NCBI GenBank assembly: GCA_963924565.1
Contig: OZ004607.1
Location: 14,818,001 to 14,882,000 of the forward strand
Reading direction: 5' to 3'
Source: Ascidiella aspersa
Taxonomy: Eukaryota
Length of the DNA stretch: 64,000 bases
This document shows, piece by piece, positions 25,701 through 37,700 of this stretch. The notes under the pieces were generated by a model, which did not search any database, was not told the origin of the DNA, and saw only the letters and a list, made by a program, of their open reading frames with translations. The position numbers and the translations under genes were made by a program. The stretch's first letter is position 1; every line of letters begins with the position of its first letter.

Positions 25701-28700
25701 TATAAATAGTTTGGAATCGTCAATACAGCTGAAAGGCATTTACATAGCTTTATGGTATACCTTGTACATTCAGTAAGAGGCAATTTATGACTTCATATTT
25801 TTTTAAATTGTAATCACTTTTAAACCAACTTTTTTTCTTTTATTTGTAATTTAATAAAAAAAAACCTTCCGATTTAATATTTTTATCAGAGCGCCCCTAA
25901 AGGCAAATCGATGAAAACGAAAGAGGGCATAATCAAGAAAGAACGAACTTCCAGTAGCAGCCCGGTAAGTTATTACTTTCTAAGCTATTTTTAAACGGCA
26001 CTTATCTTATAATAAATGCCGCTTTATACCGATTTTCAGCAACAATTTAACAAAAGGTTTACAACAATAGCAGATTATGACGGCTGAACTAGACGTTTAA
26101 AATGCTGAACTGGTGTGTTCTTTTAATACAGGGGTTGACAACTTACGGCCTGCAGGCCAAATCCGCCCTGTCAACACCTATTTGACAAACTGGGCACGAG
26201 GCTATTACTTATTTTTTGGCTATTTTAACTATACGTAGAAGCAAAATTGTTTTACGCTTTTCGCACATTTTGTTCCTGCATCAGTGTAGCACAGGGGTTC
26301 TTAATCTTTTTTTAACGAGGACCCCTAAAATTGTTTTTTGTCTCGCCTCGACCACAGTGGGCACAAATTTCAAAAATGACGTCATAAATTCACGGCACAA
26401 TACAAATAGACTTCATAAATCTGCTGATTTCGGTCCAAAAATGTGAAAGTGAAATGGACTTTTAATGCACCAGTGCAAAACCGTTATTATTTTGTTTTCT
26501 TTGATGATAGTTAGAACCTTTTCAATTGCTTTCTGAGTTCTGTTTTGGACCACGTCTAGAAAAAGGTTGCCCAGCCCGATTTTAGGGCATGTGAAGCAAG
26601 GTGAGTGAAAGTGAGACGAGATTTACACAATTTCGTTTTAATTGACATGTACTTAAATCAGTTTGTGTGTTTTCTATACTGGAATGAATACCAATAACTG
26701 TGTATTGGTTTGTTATCTGTGCTACTTATTTCAAGCATATACGTATTGTTACAGTTTTGGTAAGTTTTAATACTTTAGTCTTAAACAATTAAAATAACGT
26801 CTTAAATTTTTAATGCGCCTCTTCATAGAAATTGTATCGGTAAGATCGGCAACAGTAACTAAGCTGTTTAAACTCATTAACCAATCTTTTTTTTTGTATG
26901 GTTTTTATTAAATAATGATTTCTATGTTGAGTTAGTCCTATGCAATAGGCGCGTGTTTGCCCAACCGTAAACGCATAAATCCACGATCAGTTCGACTGTT
27001 CGTGTTTTGAACTATGTCCAAATCTGGGTGTTTCGGGCTTAAGGTGACTTACGGCACCTTTATCTGTTAACCGCGGATCCTATAGTTTTTAGTAAAGCAT
27101 TCGTACTATTGGGATGTTTCGTACACTGTTGACGTGCCACCTATACGTGAAAAATCTCGAATGAATATAAGTTTGAAAAATCAATAAATATAAAACAATT
27201 AGTATTAAGAACGGAATTTTTTGCTTTAAATGTTAAATTGTTTGCTTGGTACCCCTCTAGAAGGCTGTGAAACTGCAATTTTTCCGTTCGTGTACAGTAA
27301 GAAAACCAGAATAATATTAATAAATTTATTTCGAATTAAAAAATAAAGGAAGCGGGCAATTGTGTTGGCGCTCGCAACAACATCGACAACTTTGCGAATG
27401 GGAAAGGGCGGTAAAACCACGTGTTAACTTGTCTAAACGCTGCGCTGTCGTCAGTCAGGAAATGTTCCGCCTCTTGATTGCTTGAGAATTCGGTTACGCT
27501 CGAGGTAGTGGCAGGTTTTGTCGTACTGCTTTGAATGGCGCCCATCTTCTTTATCGCGATAACGCTCTGCACTCGTGAAAAGCGCATTGAAAAGCGCTGA
27601 AGTAACTTTATCGTACGAGGTTTTCTCGCGTGCGCGTCACAGAAAGCTTTCGCCCATTGTCGGGTTGGCGCCGTTCTTGGTGCCCGCCATGTCGATCAGC
27701 TGCTTCCAATCCTCCCAGTTGCTGATCAGTTTGTACGAGTTGGACGAGCTCTGACCCTTGGAGCTCTGGCCCTTTTCGTCGCTCTTTTCCTCGTCGATCG
27801 TACCGTCGCTTTGCTTTTCGTCGCCCAGCACACCGCCGCCGGTAATGCCGCTCCCGGTGAACGACGTTCGCAGACTCTTGCGGCCCAGGCGCGCCACCAT
27901 GCGGGACCAGAGCTCGCGGTTCCGCTGGTGGCGCTCGCGTCGTGACACGTCATCGCTCGTTAGGTTGTGCTCGGCTACCACCGAGAAGTCGACGTTCTCC
28001 GACGCGTTGTTGATGAGCGCGCGGTTGCATCCCTTCTTGGGCCGCTTAGTCTTGCTCTTGGCGCCTCGCTTGAACATCCGCCTGGCCAGCTTGCGCAAGT
28101 ATACCCGCACCTCACGCTGCGTGATCGCGTACATGACCGGGTTGAGCAGCACGCTGAGGAAGCTGAGGATTCGCGTCCAGGCGTTAAACGCGTGACAAAA
28201 GTAGCCGTCCTTGCCGACCAGCCCCTGTGAACAAACATGGATTACTTACGGTGGTCTTGGCATTTAAATAAATCCATTAACGTTATGCATTTGTAGGAAA
28301 CATTGCAGCAAACAATCCCACAACAATATTTCACATGATAATTTATCGCAAATGAATTATTACCTCGGTGATGTAAAGGGTTTGGAAGATACGCTCGGGT
28401 AGCCAGCAGAGGGCAAACACAAACACGTAAGCCAGCACCGTCTTGGAAACCCTCATATTGCGCTCGGCGTACTTGTGCACGATCGTCTTGTGCGAAGTGC
28501 CCATTGTTCCACCACCCGTACCTGTTCCTGGAAATAATATTTGGCATAAATATCCAAACTTGCCATCGCTAATCCAAATAAGGGCAGAGTATTAAACCGC
28601 ACATCCGTGATCAGTGATACAAAAAATGGCCGATTTTCCTTTTGTATTAAGTCGTTCGAAATTTATCTTATTATCCAGAGTTTAAAATGTAAACTGAATT

Positions 28701-31700
28701 TTAGGTTCGTGCGACGAAACAGATGCATTTGATGAATTTGCATCGTTTGATGTTTGTGCACACGTATATTCTTTCGTATAGGCACGGCGATGTTGAAAGT
28801 TAAACTGTTCTTCGGATACCGATGTAAGCCTGGAATTTGCATCGTTTGATGTTTGTGCACACGTATATTCTTTCGTATAGGCACGGCGATGTTAAAAGTT
28901 AAACTGTTCTTCGGATACCGATGTAAGCCTGGACTCATTTGCAGCCCGGTTGGTAAACTTTTTTCGTGACGGGAAACCTAATATGCAAGTTGCCAACGCA
29001 TGCCCAGTCGTTGGGTAGAACAAACTTTAGTCCGCAAAATTCACCTGTGCTGCCCTTGGACGCAGCCGAATACGCCCTGGCCCTGTAGTAGTTGGACGTC
29101 GACGACATCTGCCGGTTGAAGTTTCTAGGCTTTTGCGTGTAAATGCGGCTGTGGCTTCCCTGCCAGAGCTCTTGGGACGAACCCAACCTCGCCCCGCCGC
29201 TACCACGTGATGGCGCCCCGTGCACACGTTTGTTTGACAGCGAATCTGTCTCGTGGTTGTCATACGACGACTCCAGATCTGATGTATTGCAAAAACAGGA
29301 GAAACGGTTTAAACTTTGCTTGTGACTTGAAATAAAGTTGTAAACGAAAACTTCTAGGACTAAGCTATAAAATTTATTTACTATGTCAAAAGCAAAATTG
29401 AGCCATTCTATATCTTACAAGGTAAAACGTAATAAGTTGTTAGGCACATCTGAACAGAGACATTTTTCTAAATGTGATCTCAAAAAGATATTTAAAGCAC
29501 CACTATTTCGAATACAACTTTACGCCCAACAGGCATGCACTATCCACAATATATATTTTCATGCATAGGTTATTCGACTAAAAAGTTCATTGCAAATATT
29601 TACTTACGTAAAACTAACAAACATAATTCACCTTCGTGTGGCGCCGCTTTTGGATCTGGCGTCTGTTGCTTGTTTTCTTCGTCATGTGAATTGCTGCGGA
29701 AGACCTCGCCGGACCACCTGGGCTGCCCAAGCTGCTGTTGATACTGCGGGGTTCCCGGGAGAGTCCCTGAACTCGAGCTGGAACGCTTATCGGTTGAACT
29801 ATGTCGCTTCAACATCGCCTGATTAAAATGAGTATATGGGCATTAGTTAATGTTAAAATTAACCATCAGGCAAAAAGGAATGTCATTAGAAAGCTACGCT
29901 TGTTTTTCGCAAGTCAATACTACTGTATTTGTTTGGCTCGCGGTTTCTGTATGTGGCTCCTTAGGAAATGCATCCGGCCGTGTGAGCCGTCCTAATCTAT
30001 TCCGCCATTACCGACCAGCGCAAAACACATTCGTCTACTTCGCGCCCTAATCCACTTTCGCATTCCTCTTCCGGCCACCTAGCATTGTTTAAAATATCCC
30101 CTACCATGTTTTTGCACTTAACCCCCAATGCCCGTCACGCGAACGGTGATCGATTCGTAAAACACAGCCGCAAAAGGCGGAAAATAACTAGCCGAGACCC
30201 ACCTTCTCGTGAACGCCGAAGTTTGGCTGCGATAACCTCACCCCGGGACTGGGGCTAGTCGTGTGAACAGAGGTCTGGTCCGTTTGAAAGCTCTCGGCAG
30301 AGCTTGCCGAGCCGCCGCTGATACGTCGCTGGTTCGCTGCCTTTCCCAACGACGACAGGCGCGCCTTTGGACCTCCGGGGACCACTACAGAAGGCGTTGG
30401 CCTCGTGCTGGCCCCCAGTACAACTGGTTGAGCGACACCGTTAATGCGCGGCTCGTTGGTCTTCACGATCGACGATGATTGATTGGTGTTTGGTGTCTCA
30501 GCTTTCGTCGCGCCGTTAGCGTCCACTGCCGACTCGGGCGGAATTAGGACCGTCAGCGACATTTCCGTCTTCTTGTGCTTCTGGCGCAAACTGCGTCGCA
30601 GCATGGGCGAGCCGCTGCCGCAGTGATACGGCGGGGTCCGGTCGCCTTCTGCCTTGCTTGTACTTCCCCCTCCGGTGACAAACTGCTTGAGAAAGTCCGA
30701 CATCCGCCTTCCCAGCGTCTCCTCGCCCGTAGTATTAGGCTCGGCCTCTAAGCGTTCCTTGGCCCGCTTGCCGATCATATACGCGATGTAGAGGTAGCTC
30801 ACCACGATGGCGGCGAAGGGAATAAAAAAGCCGATCACCAAGTTGACCACGATCGAGTAGACCCGCGCCCGCTGCGACTGCATCGGATGGCAGAGCGAGC
30901 TCATGTTCACCGCGTCAGTCGGGAAGAGCTTCCACGCCATGGCGAGTAGTTCGTGGTAGAGCGGCCGGTTTGCCACCTTCACTGTGCTGGCGCCGCCCTC
31001 CGGCCACACCATGTCGTACACCACGCTGAACTCGGCGTCGTTTTCGTAGTTCTCGTCGTAGGCGGCCAGGTCGTACTTTTCGTCGATTCCGTATGCGCTG
31101 TCGAAGTACTGCATCTCCTCCTGCACGCTGAGGTTTGTCATGCTCTCTAAGTCGTCGAAGAGCAGCGCGTCGTCGAGATTCTTGAGGCTGTCGCTGCCGC
31201 CGCCCTCCAGCTGCTCCAGGGTCTCGTTGGTCATGAAGTCGACGCAATGGCTGACCGAGACGCCCTCGAAGTCCATCACAAAACTTTGGTTTCGCTCCAT
31301 GGCCACCCGCAGCGGCTGAAAGCAGCGGTGGTAGTTTGCGAACTTCCGCTGTATCGAATTCTTGCTGCGATTGAAAATAACAGGATTGCAAAGTGAACGA
31401 CTCAATATCACATTCGCCGCAATACTTCATTAAGCTGAATTTGGTTTTCAATTCTCATTACGTTTGCCAATTAATTGGGAAATTTCAGTTTAATGAATTT
31501 TCCTGACACCATTTCATATAATTAAATAGAAACGCCTGTGCACACATTAAAAACCACACACATCAAAACAAAAACATAATAGGGTTCGACCCATGCCAGA
31601 CCAACAACTTACTTGTCGCTGATGTTGTTGACTGAGTGCTCCTCCCATTCGTTCTGCATCACCAGGTTTGGGTCGAGCATGCTCGGCAGCGCACACGCGA

Positions 31701-34700
31701 TCGCCGCCACCCCCATCGCCACGCTCACCACCACGATGAACTTGCGCTGCCAAATCGTGTGCAAATTTATCTTTGTTCCACCGACTGGTCGGTTTGGTTG
31801 GTTTTATGAGACGAATTTGACATTTTATTGTTAAAATTTCGCTCGTACCCTTGCAAACTATGCAATTATCTAGTTTAGTTTGTGTCTGTTACGAAAAGGT
31901 GGCTTTTAACTTGCTTAGCTTGTTAAATTTTCACATTTACCTAATTCATTCTAAAATGTTGGGCGCAAGTTTGATGACATCGACATGGTGACCCAGTTCT
32001 AACATGCGTCATAACTCAAACGCTCCTGTTTACCCCCATAAGGTCGCCGATTTTATTGCGGAAAGTCGGCTTTTATCGCCCACCTAGTCGCAAACAAACT
32101 CTGGGATGCAAGCTGGGGTGGGCTGCATTTAAGAGTTAGGAGCTAATGGAGGAGCTAATGGCTATCAATCTAAGAGCAATAAACCCGACAGCGAAATGCC
32201 GCGGTGGTGTAGTTCCCCGTCTTTCCTTTATTCTCGCACCGGTGTGTTTAGACCACCTAAGGCTGTGTTGCTTTTCGCTGAAGTTGCTTTGTATCGGGTT
32301 TGTTGACACCGATTTCACACCTGTGCCTTTCGCTTTGATGCATGATTGCATGGACTGGTCGGCATGACGTGACGGCCATAAAAACGATTTGGTTTTAGTT
32401 CGCGACCTTTGGCGTTTTTTGTTGGGCAGTTTTAATTTTATGGTAGTTTTCTTTAAGCCACTGTGCGCGCTACACAAGGTGATTTTTTTAAGTTATTGAA
32501 TTAAAAAAATTTACCAAGAATTGTATGCTTACGTTGAACTCGTAGCGCTGGCATCGCAGCGACTTCCACACTGCCACGCACCGCTCCACGCTCATGGTGG
32601 CCAGCAGAAAAATGTTGAAATAGTAGTGCAGGTAGTAGAAGGCGAACGTGAAGCGGTAGAAAGCGTAGTTGGCAGTTCCGCCGCGTGCGTCCTGCAGTTT
32701 CATCAGCTCAACTTCCCCTGAAGGAAAATAACAAAAGGGATTAAAATACAATCAATTCAACGAGCAACAGCTAAACGTGTAGAATTTTGCCAACTTAAGA
32801 GTTTTTCCCTTTTTTGGTGTGACGAAATGGATTTTTTCATTTATGAGCGGAATGGTCCACACCTTATAGTTTGAAACACCTGGATTTGCTGACGTTTTAT
32901 TTCCCAACGATATAGTTACATGTTGCCAATTTGGAGTGTATCGCACGTCATGCCAAAGCGCATACCAGTTATATGAGCGCTTATGCGATGCACTAATTAC
33001 GGCCTCGTGTTATTCGTAACGCCACACTTAGCGGCCGCCGAGCACTTGAAGACCCGAGTAAAACGAACCGACTCAACTCGACCTAACACCACAGCAGGGA
33101 GAGAGTCGGGTATTTTTCACACGGATTCCTTCACGGTTTAGAATCTCGTGTGTAGTCATTTCCGTTAAGCCATTATAAAACGTTTGCGTCTTACTCCAGT
33201 TTCTCACTTTGAAAGTTTGTGTATCAGACTCGTGAAGAACTCAGCCAAAAATGGCCAACAATTTCCGGAAATATCCATTAATTACTTTGTTGTTTTTTTA
33301 AACTTATCTACCAATTAGCTGTATTTTTAACACTACTCTAGGAATTCAAGCGAATCCCCGCTCCTATAAACCCTCATCATCAGTGCGGCAATGGCACTGA
33401 CGTCATTTGTTGAGTTTGTCGCCGCGAAATTTTTCACGGCCCATCACCCGCGTTCAACAAAAAGCCTCATGTGGGGCCCAAATCACCAAACGCCTTTTGC
33501 ACCTTCGCTCGTCCGTGCGGCGAACAATTAAAGCGGCACGGTCGCGAGTGGACCTAGAAGCGCCGAGCCGGAGCTTACTTAACCTCGTTTTGCCCTTCTT
33601 CAAGGCGAGGCTTTGAATACTCCTTTGTAGGATTATCGTTCGGAAACAAACACGCCATTAGCCCCCGCCTGCGTTAAAAAGTTAAGTTGCATGCGACTGT
33701 TCCGTGTCACGACACCTTCCGGCACTTTAGGAAATGGGGCTTGGTTGCCTTTTGAAAAAATGGCACGCAGATCGATAATGCACAAAACCGCTATTTATAC
33801 TCGGGCGAAAACCGCAACCGTTATGGACGTAACGCCCCTAACTTGCACGCTAAACCGAATTCCTGCAAATGCGCTCCGTCAACAACAGCAAGGGTCTAAA
33901 CCCGTGGCCGACGAAAATGGAGCCGTTCAAATTCGCCTAAGCAGTTAAAATTCTCGACACTTTGTAGAATCTTAACTGCGTGGTCAAAAAAGGCGTTGAA
34001 AAACATAAACGTCAAAGATTGATTGGAAGACTGACTGACACGAATTTATTTGAACGCTGATAGACGCGTTTCAATCGCACGTGATGATGGGAATAAAAGT
34101 GGTGAAACGCCGCAATACAACCTCAACTTGCGTGTCCAAATCTCGTCATATCGCTATATTATTGGTAAGGTCTCATGGTGAAATGTGTTTTTAAGTGATT
34201 TAAACTCGCCGTAAAGTCACGCGATTTATTTTACCGTAATGTTTAATAGGGTGCTGTTAAATTGCAGTTCAGATCAAACTGAGTTATAATTACTAAGTGT
34301 GTAACTTTTTACTCGGGCCATGCGTACAAACGGGTGACGTGTTTGCACCTACAATTACATTTGCACTACGGGCGACCCGCGCACATATCGGCCATAAAGT
34401 TGTTTCCGGTCGCCTTTTTTGAACCATGCTTTCGTTTAAACATGTCGTTTGTCACGTCACAAACGCCTGCAACAATGATCGCCACAAACAGGTGACTTTC
34501 GCTTGGCAGAACGCTCTGCCGCTTTGTTTGGCCTTACCCCTTGCTTTAAGTACATAGCAGGTGGGTCGAGATATTTGTTTGGTTTCGCGACGTTGCAGCT
34601 GTCTGATCAAAGGTGGTCACGTGTCAGTAGCAAAGGCCGACTTTCATAGCAGCGTCAAAATAAACTAAACCGTCAAAAACGTTCGACTGCGAAATGCTTC

Positions 34701-37700
34701 TCAATCTGGACGGCCGAAATCCCACGCCAATATTTCGTGCAATGTTTAAGATTAAGCGCTTGAAGTTCATCATACCGAACTACCAACAGCAACGTTTAAA
34801 AGTTGTGTTTTACCTGGCTGTGTCTGTATGTCGGAAGACATTCGAGGTAGATCTGCGATGTAGAGAGACGACATGATGAGCCAGATAACGCACACCAATA
34901 AGTCGGTTATGGCGATCTGGATCATGTACGTCGTATATACTGAACCTCTAACCTGCAAGCAGAAAAGTGTGTTGTTTTAATGAAAATCAAATTAAACAAT
35001 TTCATTTTTAGAATGAGACTGATTCGACGAAAATTAAACCAAGTAGGATCTATGTCAAAAATAACCACGACTTCTAGGTCGTCTAGTCTAGAGCGTGAGT
35101 ATATTTTTCAAACCATTATCGACCTCAAATTATAGCCAAACAGTTTATCCAGCGAATTGCTTCTTTGGCGAGTGTTTCTTGACTGCGTATACACGTTGTT
35201 GCGCACTTGTTTGTATATGGTAAGCTACAGGAAACCCATCGACTACAAATACCGGCAACTATGCCGGACAGGGAATTTTTTCACGATTTGCAAGCACGCG
35301 TAAAAACCTTGTTACTAGACCGCGCTGAATTCGGATAAAGTTAACTTATTTGCCGACGGCAAAATGCGAAAACAGCCATTTTGTGCAGAACAAATGCGGT
35401 ATTGTTTTACTGTAAACAGCGTGTTTTGTCGCGGTGTGCTGTGCAGTGTGCAAGGCGATATTACTATTTTGTCGTATGACTAATGTGTTGAGTGGTTAGT
35501 GTGTAACTCTTCCCAAGATTTTCTTTATATGTTTTGTTGTAGTACTTGATGAGGTATATGTAACGACACCGAATCTGACGACTAATGGACAGAACATTTT
35601 CGGCATTTTTTCAGCATGTTCGACTTGCTAGGATAGATTTTGTCACTATTGTTTATTTTGGCGATTGATCGTTAGATATATAAAATGCACCCAGAGAAGC
35701 GAAAAAACTACAATATTGCAAGATACTGCTGCCTTCGCGATGTTAATCTCCCAAGTTGTTTATTTGTGTTTTTTTCTGTTTATTACCTTTGCCCAAATTG
35801 CTGGCGTCCCAATCAAATAAATCGGTATACGGGAGCAAATGTCACCTACAGTGAGTTTGCAGGTTACATTCACTACTTTTAATTGGAATGCTCTTATCTT
35901 CACCCCAAGGCAAATTTAGTTGGCCACAGCGTTTTCTAGCAGACAGATTAAGTGTGCATGCTCTCACGGCTCACCTGCTTTTTTGCGACAAAAATCATCA
36001 GCATCGCCATGTTGAGAACGATGCCGAACACACACAACGTGATTACTCCGATATGCTGCCACAGGGCCAGCTTAACGTGGCTATCGTACACCGCTATACC
36101 CTCCATTCCGTGGTGCTTCTTTTGTTCTGGTGACGGACAGACTGTTGTTGCGATGTTCCGCACTACGTCAGTTGGAGATTTCGTTTCAAGTAAATCATTT
36201 GCCCACTTGCTCTTAATATAAGTGCGTGACTATCGCCGGAACATTGCTGTATCACAAAACAAGATTGTTATTTCTTTGGATACGTATTTAGAAAAGTCCT
36301 CAGTTAACTCTAACCGTGCTGTGTGAAGCTAAGTCCGACCTAACATTATTGTTAAACCACTCTTATTTAAAAATACGAGAGGTTTGATTGCACCCATGAC
36401 AACGCGCCTCACGAACTTACAGCAGTGCCCGTCTTATCAGCAAAATATCTTCATTCAAGTATTTTGTTTACCATTGTCAAACAGTCTGAAAGCAACTCTT
36501 TCCTAGTATTAGTAATCCCATGTCAACTTAATTTTTTTTTCCACAGTTCAGAGTAATTATTACGAATAAGGCTGCAAAAACTGAGCTACAGATACCCTTT
36601 CCCGATCGACACAACGAACTTCAGTCTATTTTGGATACAACAGTGCCTCACAACACCCGACATGCGAAAGGCTTTTTCAATATTTTTGCCATCCTGACTT
36701 TCGCAGCACAACAAATACCACGCCATTTGATGGAAGCCAAACCTTTAGTTATGCTTATAGCAGTGGCGTGTAAACAAATTGCCTTGCGAATATTTTTGGG
36801 GATGTTTCAATTAAATATAGGTCCAACACACTTTCTGTTATATATTTAAGAGTAGGAGTTAAACAACTTTTTTTGCAATGTGCCATTTTTTTACTTTTAC
36901 TAAAGATGCGTCGCAAAAACTTTCTGCAGTTGAATATACGCACACGACGTAATTAATTTAAACAAAAATCATTCTATTTAGTGATGATTTTTCTAGTATT
37001 CGCTTGGCTATAGCAATACGTAACTGTTGGCACTCCTGGTTAGGAGTTTTAGACTTTTTTGAAAACGGTACAAGTTTTTCACACTATACCACCGCGACAC
37101 CCTAAGTATTCATTTGTGTAGCTTTCGTGTTTCTACTTTTTGAACTGGTTCTGGTGCTGCAGGCTGACAAAAACCCGCGAAGTGCTGCCACAGAACTGAC
37201 ATAAGCCTCTTGTAATTTAAAGCCGCAGACTGATGCTTTTAAGAAATGGTGCTAAGTACTGGTTTGAAATACGTTCTACGCCTAAAGTCAGCGCCAACTG
37301 TTTGACACATTTTAACAACGATGCTAAGTACTGGTTTGTTACACATTTTAACGTGAACAATCACGTTCTTCTGATTGTGTTACGAATCCAACTGACTCGA
37401 AACCAACTCTTGACGGATGTTTTATACTCTCAGTCCCTCACTGCTGTGCAGTTCTTGTTTACTGCGAAATGACAAGCAAGGCAACAAAAATATTATTCCA
37501 TTTCCCTGTTTGTCCGTTCAGCCAGGAACGAATAATGTAACTGTAAGTGATCGGCTGTCGGTCGATGTTGATTGGATTCGCCGTGGAGTGCTCGCCTTCC
37601 GGCTGAGCTCTCTTCAGGCCGTTAATCTTTTGGCCGCTAGTCAGTCCTTAAGACAGCTCACAAGAGTCGTTGAGCAAGTCCAGAGGCGGTTTAAGCCGCA

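Noticed and set aside
28663-28938. 91-aa ORF with an internal 33-aa repeat
   Set aside because: A by-product of the 99-bp intronic tandem duplication, whose unit length is divisible by 3.
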